64,000 bases of DNA from Torpedo marmorata (Eukaryota). Under the pieces are notes generated by a model that saw only the letters and a list, made by a program, of their open reading frames with translations, did not search any database and had not been told where the DNA came from. Both the position numbers and the translations under genes were made by a program. Numbering within the stretch: position 1 is the stretch's first letter; each line of letters starts with the position of its first letter. Where the stretch lies: contig OZ360224.1 of assembly GCA_977017645.1 (NCBI GenBank), forward strand, positions 86,676,001 to 86,740,000. The letters are read 5' to 3'. This document shows positions 10,353 through 23,370 of this stretch, piece after piece.

Positions 10353-13300
10353 CACAAAAGTGCTGGAGAAACTCAGCAGGTCACAGAGCATCCATATGAA
10401 GTAAAAGGCAATTAACATTTTTCAGGCATTGGGAATTGGGAAAAACAGGTAGATGCCTGAATGAAAAGGTGGAGCGAGAGGAGAAAGTAAGGGAGGTAGC
10501 CGTGGGTACTCGTATGAGTCCCACCTATGCCTGTCTTTTTGTTGGATATGTAGAGCAATCCATGCTGCAAGCCTACAGAGGCAAGGCTCTTCAACTCTTC
10601 CTCCGTACATTAATGCTCTTCAACTCTTCCTCTGTACATTAATGCTGCCTCCTGCACCCATGATAAGCTCATCAACTGTCCACTTTGCTGCCAACTTTCA
10701 CCTTGACCTCAAATTCATTTGGTCTATATCTGGCAACTCTCTTTCCTTTCTTGATCTTGCTATCTCCATCTTGCGAGACAAACTATCTGTAAACATCTTC
10801 TATAAACCCTCTAATTCCCATGGTTACCCTTCCCACCCTGTCTCCTATAAGGATTGTATTCCTTTCTCTCAATTCCTTCATCTCCGCTGCATCTGCTCCC
10901 AGGATGAGACCTTCCATTCTAGGATATCTTAGATGTCCTTCTTCAGAACATGTGGCTTCCCCTTTATTATTTTCCCAGACATAACAAGGACAGGGTTCCC
11001 CTTGTCCTCTCCTACCACTCCACCAGCCTCCGCATCCAACATATTATTCTTCGCAATTTCTGCCACCTACAATGGGATCCTACCACCAGACGCATTTTAT
11101 CCCTCCTCTCTTCACTTTCCTTAGGGATCGCTCCCTTCGTGACTCCCTCATGCACTCAACCCTTCTCACCAATTGCCACCTTGGTACCGACCCCAGTGAC
11201 TGCAAAAAGTGGTACAGTGGCACTTGTATCTCTTCCCTCACCACTTTTTGGAGCCCCAAGCAGTCTTTTCAAGTGAAGAAATACCACTTATGCATCTGTA
11301 GAAGTGAGGAGAGTGTTAACCAAGGTTAACCCACGGAAAGCTGCTGGTCCAGATAACATCCCCGGCAGAGTGCTCAGGTGATGTGCGGCCCAGCTGGCTG
11401 ATGTTCTCACCGACATCTTTAACATCTCCCTGAGCAGTGTCGTGGTTCCAACGTGCTTCAAAGCCGCTACCATCATCCCTGTGCCGAAGAAGTCAACGGT
11501 GTCCTGCCTCAATGACTACCGCCCTGTCGCACTCACATCTACTGTCATGAAGTGCTTCGAGAGGCTCGTCATGGGGCACATCAAGCTTCTGCTGCCCCCC
11601 TCACTGGACCCCCTGCAGTTCGCAAATAGATCAAACCGCTCTACGGATGATGCCATCATTACCACCCTCCACCTAGCCCTCACCCACCTGGAAAATAAAG
11701 ACGCGTATGTTCGAATGCTGTTTATTGACTTCAGTTCGGCATTCAACACGATCGTACCTCAGTACCTGATAGGGAAGTTGAGCGGGCTGGGCCTAAACAA
11801 CACCCTCTGTAATTGGATTCTAGACTTCCTGACGGGAAGACCTCAGGCAGTCCGGATTGGAAACAGCACTTCTAAGGTCATTACATTGAGCACGGGGGCT
11901 CCCCAGGGCTGTGTGCTTAGTCCATTGCTGTTCACCCTGCTGACTCATGACTGTGCAGCAAAACACAGCTCGAATCACATCATCAAGTTCGCTGATGATA
12001 AGACCATGGTGGGCCTTATCAGCAAGAACGATGAGTCAGCATACAAAGATGAGGTGCAGTCGCTAATGGAATGGTGCAGAGCAACAACCTGCATCTGAAT
12101 GTTAACAAAACAAAAGAGTTGGTTGTCGACTTCAGAAGGGCCCAGGGGGATCATTCTCCATTGACCATGGACGGCTCTACCGTTGAGGTCGTAAAGAGTA
12201 CCAAGTTTCTTGGAGTGCACTTGGCGGAGAGTCTCAGCTGGTCCCTCAACACCAGTTCCATAGTCAAGAAAGCCCAGCAGCGTCTACTTCCTGCGAAGGC
12301 TGAGGAAAGTTCCTCTTCCACCCCCTATTCTTACTACATTCTACAGGGGATGTATTGAGAGTATTCTGAGCAATTGCATCACCGCTTGGTTTGGAAACTG
12401 TACCATCTCGGACCGAAAGACCCTGCAGAGGATAGTGAGGTCAGCGGAGAAAATTATTGGTGTCTCTCTCCCCACCATGATGGACATCTACAACACACGA
12501 TGCATGAGGAAGGCTAATAACATTGTGAAGGACTTCTCACACCCCTTTGGTAAACTTTTTTCCCTTTTGCCATCTGGAAGGAGGTACCGAAGCACTCGGG
12601 CTCGTACGTTCAGACTGTGCAACAGTTTTTTTCCCCCAAGCCATCAGGCTCCTCAATTCCTAGATATATATGTGTATTAGGATGTTATAGTTTTTTTATT
12701 GTATTATGATATTTATGTACATCTGCCCATGGTCCTGGAGAAACGCTATCTCGTCTTACTGTGTATATGGTAATGAATGACAAATAAAGGTAACTTGACT
12801 TGATTTACTGCATACGGTGCTCCCGATGCGGACTCCTCTCCATCGGGGAGGCTGGACTCAGACTGGGAGATCATTTTGTTGAGCACCTGTGCTCTGTCTG
12901 CTGCAACAGTAAGGACCTCCCAGTGGCCAACCATTTTAATTCTACACACCATTGCCACACTGACAAGGCTGTCCATGGCCTCGTGTACTGCCAAATTGCG
13001 GCCACCTACAAATTTGAGGAACAACACGTTATTTACAGTCTCGGCAGTCTCCAACCAGATGCCATCAAAATCGACTTTCCCAATTTCTGTTAACCCCCTT
13101 CCCTCTCTCTTTCCCTCCCCCTCTGTCTCTTTCCCTCATGCTCCCAACCCCCTTCCCTTTTTATCATAGAGCTGCCCTCTTCCCCCTATCGCTTCTCATC
13201 TTCTTTCTCTTCTCCCCTCTTACCTGTTAGCCTGTGTTCCTCCCCCTTCCACTCTTCCCTCTCCCACCTCTTTTACAGGCATCTCCCTGTTTTTCCAGAT

Positions 13301-13438
13301 TCCTGACTTCAGGCTCAGGCCTGAAATGTTGATTGCCTTTTACTTCTTTTGGATGCTGTGTGACCTGCTGAGTTTCTCCAGCACTTTTGTGTATTGCACT
13401 AGACCCCACCATCTGCAGATTTTCTTGTTTAACTCAAC
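10353..13438 (+). mobile_element. Older Penelope-like element with inverted 5' pLTR, interrupted by Rex1/Babar
   Basis: Inverted pLTR at 10353-10495, RT remnants at 10495-11295, GIY-YIG resuming at 12802, pLTR to 13438. Degenerate TSD GG(G/A)GTT(A/G)TACTA within a CR1 endonuclease region. Confidence 0.82.
11298..12801 (+). mobile_element. Rex1/Babar LINE, 5'-truncated, nested in Penelope
   Basis: ORF 11442..12098 ([15 protein letters not shown]); near-identical to 8835-9957; ACTTGACTTGA tail. Confidence 0.9.
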
Positions 13439-13869
13439 GGAGTTGTACTATAGGCCTCCCAATAACCAGATGGAGATAGAGGAACAGATATTTCAGCAGG
13501 TTAAGGAAAGATGTAAAAGCAATAGCAAAGTTGTCGTGGTTTACTTTAATTTCCCCGATTATGGATTGGGACTCCCTTAGTACCAGAGGCTTAGATGCAG
13601 CAGAATTTAAGTGCTTCCAGGAAAGTTTCTTGACACATTATGTGGATAATCCAACCAGAGAAGGGGGCCATAGAGGGCCTTGTATTGGTAAATGAGCCTG
13701 GCCAGGTGATTGGATTTTCAGTGAGAGAGCATTTTGGGAAAGGTAACCATAACTCCATATGTTTTCAGATGGTTATGGTTAAGGATAAGACTGGATCTCA
13801 GGGGAGAGTGCTAAACTGGGGACATGGTTGGCACAAATATCGAGGACTGTTCCCATGCTATTCTGGTCT

Positions 13870-14950
13870 ATGTCAATAGTACCAATGTGTGGAGTGCAAA
13901 CTGCAACAGGAAGTAGAGACGACATGTAAGAAAGACAATGTTACGGTAGTCATGGGGGACATCACTATGCAGATAGACTGGGAAAATTAGGTTGGTGCTG
14001 GTTCCCAAGGGAAGAAATTTGTGGAATGCCTACAATTTAGCATTTTAGACCAGCTTATGGTTGAGCCCACTAAGGAAAAGGCCATTTGGATTTGGTGCTG
14101 TGCAATGAACTGGATTTGATAGGGAACTTAAGGTGAAGGAAATATTCGGAGGCAGTGATCACTATGTTGGAATTCAATTTGTAGTTTGAGATGGAGAAGC
14201 TAAACTCGGATGTGTTGGTATTACAGTTGAGTAAAAGTAACTATGGAATCATGAGAGAGGATCTGGCCAAAGTTGATTGAAAGGAGGTCCTAGCAGGAAA
14301 GACGGTAGAGCAGCAATGGCAAGAGTTTCTGGGAATAATTTTGGAATCATTTCATCCCAAAAAAGAAGCATTTTAAAGGGAGGGTGAGGCAACTGGCTGT
14401 CAAGGGAAGTCAAAGACAGCATAAAAGCAAAAGAGGGCACATAGTATTGCAAGAATTAGTGGGAAGCCGGAGGATTGGGTAGCCTTTAAAAACCCACAGA
14501 AGGCAACAGAAAATGCAATAAGGGAGATAAAAGATGAAATAAGAAAGTAAGCTAGCCAATAACATAAAAGAGTCAGCTGAAGATTTTTTCAGACATATAA
14601 AAAGTAAAAGAGAGGTAAGAGCAGATATCAGACTGCTGGAAAATGATGCTGGAGAAATGGTAATGGGGAACAAAGAAATGATGGATGAATTGAATTAGTA
14701 TTTTGCATCAGTCTTCACTGTGGAAGACATCAGTGACGTGCCAGAAATTCGAGAGGATCAGGGAGCAGAAGAAAGTGGAATCAATATTACGAGAAGGTGC
14801 TTGGAAAGCTGAACCGGACAGACTACACCCCAGGGATCTGAAATAGGTAGCTGAAGAGATTGTGAATGCATTTGTAGTGATCTTTCAGGAATTGCTAGAG
14901 TTGGGAATGGCTCCAGAGGACTGGAAAATTGCAAATGTCACTCCAGTCTT
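13870..14950 (+). mobile_element. CR1 LINE ORF2 remnant hosting the L1; continues at 25193-25440
   Basis: Degenerate EN/RT sequence; PEDWKIANVTP continues on the far side of the L1 TSD. Confidence 0.75.
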
Positions 14951-17900
14951 TTTTTAAAAAATATTTTATTTAAAATTTTAAATCACAAAATACATAGAAT
15001 AAAATATAAAATTATCAAAAATACTTGTGATACATTTTCACCCACCCTCCCCAACCCTCCCAACCCCACTAATCTAATAAAATATAAAAAAGAAAGAAAT
15101 AGAGAAGAAAAAGATAAAGTAAGGAGAATGTCAATCTAATAAATACATCTATAAACTAATTCTATTATGGAGGTTAGGTAGCCAGTAGATCCAATATCCA
15201 GAGATCTTCAAATCCTTAATCCAACAGCTTTCATATAAGGGCTCCATATTTTCAAAAGAAATGATATTTATTCCGTAAGTTATAAGTAATTTTTTTCAAG
15301 TGGTATACATGAACGAAGTTCTGCATGCCATCTTTCTAGCCCTAAATCAACATCAGATTTCCAAGTAATAGCAATGCATTTCTTTGAAACAGCTAAAGCA
15401 ATTCGCAAAAATTCTATTTGATACATATTTAATTTCATCTTAATACTAAATTTTTTAATATCTCCAAACAAAAATATCATAGGATCCATCGGAAATATAA
15501 TCTTAAATACTTTATCTAAATTTTTTTTAACTTTAAACCAAAAATCATAGACTTTTGGACAAAACCATGTAGAATGTACAAAAGAACCTTCCTCTTTATT
15601 ACATCTGAAACATAAACCTGATAATATCGGGTTAAATTTCTTTAATTTTTAGGTGTTAAATATAATTGATGAAAAAAATTGTATTGTACTAATCTATATC
15701 TAACATTAATAATCTTCGTCATACTTAATTTACATAATTCCTTCCAATGATTTTCATCTATTATTACATTCAAATCTAATTCCCATTTTAATCTTGATTT
15801 ATGAATTCCTACTTTAGGAATTTTCCTCTGAAACAATTTATACATTTGAGAAATAAATTTATTTACATCTTCTATAGTAACTAATAATTCTAATTCATTC
15901 TGTCTTGGTAAAATCAAAGCATGACCTAATTTCTCAATCAAAAAAGCTCTAATTTGATAATAAGCAAAAAGTGTATTATCTAATATATTAAATTTATCTT
16001 TCATTCTTTGAAAAGTAATAAATTTCCCAGCTTCAAAACAATCATTTATTTTCTTAATTCCTTTTTGAAACCAAATTTTAAATAGTTGATTATTAATAGT
16101 AAATGGAATAAGTCCATTTTGATATAAAGGCATCCTTGAAGAAATCAATCCTCTTCCTCCTATTTCCTTATCCGTCTTATTCCATATTTCTAACAAATGT
16201 TTAAGAATAGGAGAATTTTTCTTTCTTGTTGATATTAATTTAGAATCCCATTTATAAATAACTTCTTATTTAGAATCTTCTATATTATTTAATTCTATTT
16301 TAATCCAAGCAGAAGATTTAGTTGAATCAAAAAATTCATTAACAAATTTTAATTGAACTGCTTTATAATAATTTTGGAAATTAGGAAGTTGTAAACCACC
16401 CATTTCATAATTCCAAGTTAATTTTTCCATACCTACTCTTGCTAACTTTCCTTTCCATAAAAATTTTCTAATAATTGAATTTAAATCTTTGAAAAATTTT
16501 TGAGGAATTTCATAAGGAATTGATTGAAAAAGATATTGAATTCTTGGAAAAACATTCATTTTAATACAATTTACTCTTCCCATTAAAGTTATAGGTAAAT
16601 CTTTCCAATTTTCTAAATCCTTTTTTATTTTCACAAATAATGGTAAATAATTTAATTTATATAAATTAGCCAATTTTGTGTCAATCCTTATTCCCAAATA
16701 TTTAATTCCTTCCTTTGCCCATTTAAATTGTGTAATTTCTTTACATTTACTATAATCCCCTTGTGATAATGCCATAATTTCACTTTTATCAGAATTAATT
16801 TTGTATCCTGATATTTTCCCATATTCTCTCAATAACACAGACAGTTGTACTAAAGATGTAGTAGATTTTGTCATATATATCAATACATCATCTGCAAATA
16901 AACTAATTTTATGTTCTTCCGTTCCAACTTTAATACCAACTATTTTAGGATCTTTTCTAACTCATTCCGCCAAAGGTTCTATTGCCAAAATAAATAACGC
17001 TGGTGACAAAGGACATCCTTGTCTAGTAGATCGAGTCAAAGGAAATCTTGAAGAAATCTGTCCATTTGTAACCACTTTAGCAGATGGTTCTTTAAATATA
17101 GTTTTAATCCAATTAATAAACGTAATTCCAAAACCAAATTTCTCCAACACCTTAAATAAAAAATTCCACTCTAGTCTATCAAAAGCCTTTTCGGCATCTA
17201 ACATTAATACTAATGGTAAATCTTCTTTCTTTTTTTGTAAATTAATTAAGCTAATTAATCTAGCTATATTATCTTTTGAATATCTATTCTTAATAAAACC
17301 AGCTTGGTCTACATGAATTAAATCTGGTAAATAATTGGCCATCCTATTAGCTAAAATTTTTGCCATTATCTTGTAATCTACATTTAACAATGAAATAGGT
17401 CTATATGACTCAGTTTTCAATACATCTCTATTTTTTTTGGTATAACTGTAATTATTGCATTTTAAAATGTATCCGGTAGTGAATGGGTTTCCGTAATTTG
17501 ATTTAATACATCCATATACGGAGGTATCAATAAGTCTTTAAACTCTTTATAAAATTCTGCTGGAAATCCATCATCACCTGGAGATTTACCACTCGTTAAA
17601 GAAGTAAGAACTTCATTAACTTCCCTCATTGAGAAAGGTAAATCTAAAGCTTCTCTACTTTGAATATATAATTTAGGTAATGTAATCTTAGATAAAAATC
17701 TATTAAGTTTAGAATCATCTTGATCAATCTGAGATTTATATAAATTTAAATAATAATCCTTAAAAGAATCATTTATTTCTCGAGGTTTGTAAGTTATTTC
17801 CCTAGAATTCTTTTTCTTAATAGCATTTATAGTTCTAGAAGTTTGATCTTTTTTTAATTGCCACGCCAAAACTTTATGTGCTCTTTCCCCTAATTCATAA

Positions 17901-20139
17901 TACCTTTGTTTAGTTCTTTCAATTAATTTTTCCATTTTATGTTTGTAATAAATTATAATGTAATTTTTTTCCCAACTAAATTATTCCTTTTTTGAATTGA
18001 TCTATTTTTTTGTAAGTCTTTTTCCAAACACTCAATTTCCTTCTCTAAATTATTAACCTCTCTAAGATAATCCTTCTTAATTTTTGCTGAATAATTTATT
18101 ATCTGACCTCTTAAATAAGCTTTTAAAGCTTCCCATATAATAAATTTATTATTAGTAGAATTGGAATTTATTTGTAAAAATTCCTGAATTTCCCTTCTCA
18201 TATAATCACAAAAATCTTTTTAATAAAGAAGAATTAAATCTCCAGCTATATACAGTTTTTTCTTTTTCCAGAATTATACAAGATATTAATAAAGGTGAAT
18301 GATCAGAAATTATTCTCGCTTTATAAATTGCTTGCGTTATTCTATCTTGAACCTGTGAAGATAACAAAAATAAATCTATTCTAGAATATGAATCATGTCT
18401 AAAAGAATAAAATGAATAATCTTTTTCTCTAGGATTCAGTTTCCTCCAAATATCTATTAAATTTAAATCTTTCATCAAAGTAAGAACTTTTTTAGCAATT
18501 TTAGTTCTAACAAGTGATCTTGAAGTTTTATCCATTATTGGATCTAAACAACAGTTGAAATCTCCACCAACTAAAATATTCTCATTAGCTTCTGACAAGT
18601 GTAAAAAAGAATCTTGAATAAACTGTTCATCATCTACATTTGGAACATACAAATTCATAAGTGTCCAAAATTCTGAATATATCTGACAATGAACAATAAC
18701 ATATCTACCTGCCACATCTGTAACTATCGATTGTATATTAAAAGGTAACTTTTTATTAATTAATATAACTACCCCTCTTGCTTTAGAGTTAAATGAAGAA
18801 GCCACCACTTGACCAACCCATTCTCTTTAATTTTTGGTGTTCCGAATCTACCAAATGCGTCTCTTGTAAAAAAGCTATATCTACATTCAACTTATTAATA
18901 TATGCTAAAGTTCTCTTTCTTTTAATCGGATTGTTGAGCCCATTTATATTAATACTTACTACATTTATTTTTTTGCTATCCATCATTGCCAAGCTTTATC
19001 AAATCTCTTTCGATCAAATCCACCAGCTCTCCCCTCCAAGATTGTAAACTATTTGACATCTCCTTGAAAAAAACAATAAAAAGAAATAAAAGAAAGAAGA
19101 AAAAACAAAACCCCAATGAATAAAATACTGGTGAAATTACTCCAGTATTACCCCCCTCCATTGTTCGAGAAGTGGCTCTCGCCACTAAAGTGGTGTATGG
19201 CTAGGAAGAAGAGAGACAAAAAGTCCACCTCCCCCCAACAGATTTTACAAAACATTTATAATCGTAACTTCATTTAATTGACCCAATGTCTACATTGTCT
19301 TGATCTTCTTCAGTCTGAACATCGATTTCCTCGTCTTTTCTTGAAATACCTGGCAAAGAAACTTGTAATGATGAAATCTCTTGACCATATTGATAACCCA
19401 TCAAATCTTGATTTCTCCTCAAAGTAGGAAGAGCTTGTGCATGCAGTGGCGCTTGTTGGGGATCCATAAAAGGGATAGAACGATTATCTCCAGTTTGAAT
19501 CTTCAAAATCGCAGGGTATTTAAAAGAGAACTTGTACCCTTTTTGCCAGAGAAGCGATTTTGTTGAGTTAAATTCTTTCCGACTGTTAACCACCGCAGCA
19601 GACAGATCAGGATAAAAAAGGACTCTATTATCATTAACCATCAGTGGAGATTTTTCAATTTTCGCTTTATGAATAGCTGCTCTTAATATTTTTTCTCTAT
19701 CTTGAAATCGGAGACATTTAATCAAGACAGGACGTGATCTTTGACCCATATACCGGTCTCGTGGCCCAATTCTATGTGCTCTTTCTGTTGTGTATTTCGG
19801 GTGTAAGCTTACAATAGCACACCGAGACGACAGTCTTCATTCATCATTTATTACTAAACTAAAATGGCATTCAACGTTACCCCTTATATAGTACGTATGA
19901 CGTCATTACGTCATACGTTATACGTTACATATACAACACTCTTCCCCCCCACGAAATATAGATTGTTATTATGATTATATGATTATGATTATATGATTAT
20001 ATATTCCCCGATTACTGGTAAACTATGGTAACTACTGGAATATAGCGGGGAAACTACAATTACAAACAAAATCATGCAAGTAAAACTAGAACTACTAACT
20101 GTTAGTATCATACTGATCATCACTAAAGTGAAAAATCAT

Positions 20140-23100
20140 TTAAGGTACATAGTCTCTCAAATGTTCTGGTGGACGTCGTTGACGATGTGATCTTCTTAGG
20201 GGAGGATCCCCTACAGCTGTCGAAACCAATGGACTCTTTGCCTTTTCTGGACTCTTTGCCTTTTCTGGACTCTTTGCCTTTTCTGGACTCTTTGCCTTTT
20301 CTGCTGTAATATCTTCTTCGAAATGGAAACTGGAATCTGGAGTCTGTCTTTCTAGATCAACCTCATCGTCATTAACCCAAAATGGCAAATTCTTCGGTTC
20401 ATCTGTGCAAAATACTGGATCTTCCACAGCTCTCAGCTGGTCAATATGTCGTTTCCATATGTTAGAGTCTACTTGTATTGCATATGAGCAAGGGCTTAGC
20501 TTCTTAATGATAACACCTCTTATCCATGTTTCTTTATTATTTCTGTAATCTCTTACCAACACTCTTTCACCCACTTCCAGAGATCGTGTTGGTTTAGTTG
20601 GTGAGGTGTCGTATTCAATACGACCGCTGATATCCGGATGCACTGCGGATAGCCTCGTTCGAATATTCCTACCAAACATTAATTCTGCTGGCGTTCTTTT
20701 AGTTGTTGAATGCGGTGTATTTCTGTATCCTGCCAGGAAATTTGCTATTCTATGATTCCATGACAAGTTAAGCAATTTTCCTGCTTTCATTGCGTTTTTA
20801 AATGTTCGCACAAAACGTTCCGCTTCTCCATTAGTACTCGGGTGGTACGGTGCTGAAAGTACATGGCGTATACCATTTTTACGCATGAACATTTTAAATA
20901 CATCTGAAGTAAACTGAGGACCATTGTCTGATACTAATTCCACTGGTAATCCAAATGATGCAAACATAGTTCTTAATTTTTCAATTGTTTGGAGGGTTGT
21001 TGTTGTACGCATATGTGAAACTACTGGCCATTTGGAATGTGCGTCGACCACAATTAAGAAATTCTCCCCCATAAATGGACCTGCAAAATCAACATGAATT
21101 CTGTGCCATGGTCGAGATGGCCATTTCCATGGATTTGCCTCGGCCTGGGGAGCTTTAGGTTGCATGTCTTGACAAATGCCACACCTTCGTACAGTTTGCT
21201 CAATATCCATATCCATTGATGGCCACCAAACATGCATTCGGGCTAGCGCTTTCATGCGGACTATTCCCGGATGGTTATCATGCAGTTCTGCCAATATGTC
21301 TTTTTGCCATTTCCTGGGAATAATAGTCCTGGCCCCCCATAATAAACAACTTTCTTCAATAGTTATTTCATTTCGTCGGATGTAGTAAGGTTTAAGTTCT
21401 GTGGAAATAGTGTCCCCTTCTGGCCATCCATTTAATGTAAAATACAAAACCTTGGCCAGTGTTGGTTCATTTCTTACTTCTTTACTGATTATTTTGGCTG
21501 TGATGGGCAGATGGCGAAGCTGTTCTTGATTAATAGCTGTGGCCTCTGATGTCCATTGAAATATCTCTTCTGTTTGACCGGTCTCCGGCAGAGGTAGGCG
21601 TGACAAGGCATCGGCATGTCCATTTTGTGTTGCTGGTTTATGTTTCAACTCATAATCGTAAGCGGCAAGCATTATTGCCCATCTCTGGATTCTGGTTGCT
21701 GCCAATACTGGGATGCCTTTTTTAGATCCCAAAATAAAACTGAGTGGTTTGTTGTCCGTTACTAATGTGAATTTCCTTCCATATAAATACTGGTGGAATC
21801 TTTTGATTCCGAATACTATGGCCAATCCTTCTTTTTCTAACTGTGCATAATTTCGTTCACAAGCTGTCAAAGATCGAGATGCATACGCCACTGGTTGCTC
21901 TCCCTTTTCTGTTATTTGTGACAATACTGCTCCTAGACCCACCGGTGAGGCATCTACCGCCAAAGTTACTTCTCTGTTAGGATCATAGTGGACGAGTATA
22001 TTATTGCTCATAGTTAAAAGTTTTTTTAACTTGTTGAAGGCATCATTCGCTTTTGTACTCCAGTACCATTTTTGATCCTTTCTTAATAACTGGTTCAATG
22101 GGTTGCACACAGTAGACATGTCTGGAATATGTTTTCGATAATGGTTGACTAACCCCAAAAACGATTGTAACTCTGCTTTGTTGGTTGGACAAGGCGCTTT
22201 TCGGACGGCTTCAGTACCTGCTGCATTCATTTGAACGCCTTCTTTATTAATGGTAAATCCCAAATAAGTTACTGAGGGCACCATAAATACACATTTGTCT
22301 TGACGCAGACGGACATTCGCTTGTTGTAGTCGTGTTAGGACTTTTTCCAGGTTTGTTAAATGTTCTGTATCATCTCGTCCTGTGATAATGATATCATCCA
22401 GGTAGCAACCCACATTTAGTCCCTGTAGTAATTTGTCCATGATTGATTGGAATATCGCAGGTGCAGCTGATATTCCATAGGGCATTCTGGTATATGTGAA
22501 TAATCCCCGATGGGTATTAATTGCCACATATTTCTTTGATGTCTCATCTAATTTCACTTGTTGGTACGCTTGAGAAAGGTCCAACTTGGTGAATTTTTTT
22601 CCCCCATTTAGTGATTGGAATAAATCTTCTGCTCTGGGCATTGGGTGTTGTGGTATTTGCAGAGCCTGATTAATGGTGACTTTGTAATCCCCACAAATTC
22701 GAATCTCTCCGTTCGGTTTCCGAACCGGTACGATGGGTGCTGCCCAATCACTGTATTGCAGTTTTTCAATGACTCCCTCTTCTTCTAATCTATTAAGTTC
22801 TGCGTCAATTTTTCCTTTTATCGCAAACGGTACTGTCCTTGGCTTATAAAACTTTGGTTCCGCCTCTGGTTTCAATTTCAATTGTGCCTCGACTCCTTTG
22901 ATTTTCCCCAGACCTTTATTAAATAATGTCTGATAATTCTTCAGCACTTGTGATAACTTTGATTCATCTCCTGATTGAACCTTTAGCACTGATCCAATCT
23001 CCATCCAATCTAATGGAATATGTGATAGCCAGTTCCTTCCAAATAAGGCTTTTCCCTTTGCATCAATAATGATCATGGGTAAATCTTTTAAGATCTTACC

Positions 23101-23337
23101 CTTATATTCGACCTCTAGTTTGCATTTACCAATCACTGTGATTTTTTCTCCTGTGACTGTTCTCAATAGGATGTCGGATGGTCCTATGGTGATGTTGGGC
23201 CAATACTCAAACAATAATTTTTTCGGCATTAGGGTTACAGAGGCTCCGGTGTCTAGTTCCATTCGAATGGGTTTACCATTGATTTTTACATCTATATAAA
23301 TCTCTGACTTCTTGTCCCCCACACTGTGGATATGCAT
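20140..23337 (-). CDS. Gypsy pol (protease, RT, RNase H, integrase)
   Basis: LDTGA protease, YLDD RT, DAS..GLGAVL RNase H, HPG/CxxC zinc finger, VDFAGP/SDNG/AER integrase; 1065 aa uninterrupted. Confidence 0.95.
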   Translation of the reverse strand: MHIHSVGDKKSEIYIDVKINGKPIRMELDTGASVTLMPKKLLFEYWPNITIGPSDILLRTVTGEKITVIGKCKLEVEYKGKILKDLPMIIIDAKGKALFGRNWLSHIPLDWMEIGSVLKVQSGDESKLSQVLKNYQTLFNKGLGKIKGVEAQLKLKPEAEPKFYKPRTVPFAIKGKIDAELNRLEEEGVIEKLQYSDWAAPIVPVRKPNGEIRICGDYKVTINQALQIPQHPMPRAEDLFQSLNGGKKFTKLDLSQAYQQVKLDETSKKYVAINTHRGLFTYTRMPYGISAAPAIFQSIMDKLLQGLNVGCYLDDIIITGRDDTEHLTNLEKVLTRLQQANVRLRQDKCVFMVPSVTYLGFTINKEGVQMNAAGTEAVRKAPCPTNKAELQSFLGLVNHYRKHIPDMSTVCNPLNQLLRKDQKWYWSTKANDAFNKLKKLLTMSNNILVHYDPNREVTLAVDASPVGLGAVLSQITEKGEQPVAYASRSLTACERNYAQLEKEGLAIVFGIKRFHQYLYGRKFTLVTDNKPLSFILGSKKGIPVLAATRIQRWAIMLAAYDYELKHKPATQNGHADALSRLPLPETGQTEEIFQWTSEATAINQEQLRHLPITAKIISKEVRNEPTLAKVLYFTLNGWPEGDTISTELKPYYIRRNEITIEESCLLWGARTIIPRKWQKDILAELHDNHPGIVRMKALARMHVWWPSMDMDIEQTVRRCGICQDMQPKAPQAEANPWKWPSRPWHRIHVDFAGPFMGENFLIVVDAHSKWPVVSHMRTTTTLQTIEKLRTMFASFGLPVELVSDNGPQFTSDVFKMFMRKNGIRHVLSAPYHPSTNGEAERFVRTFKNAMKAGKLLNLSWNHRIANFLAGYRNTPHSTTKRTPAELMFGRNIRTRLSAVHPDISGRIEYDTSPTKPTRSLEVGERVLVRDYRNNKETWIRGVIIKKLSPCSYAIQVDSNIWKRHIDQLRAVEDPVFCTDEPKNLPFWVNDDEVDLERQTPDSSFHFEEDITAEKAKSPEKAKSPEKAKSPEKAKSPLVSTAVGDPPLRRSHRQRRPPEHLRDYVP
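20232..20302. repeat. 18-bp tandem repeat encoding (EKAKSP)4 in the pol C-terminus
   Basis: ggactctttgccttttct repeated about 4 times. Confidence 0.9.
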
Positions 23338-23370
23338 TATCTCCGCTACCTGTGTTTTTTGTTCTGTTTT

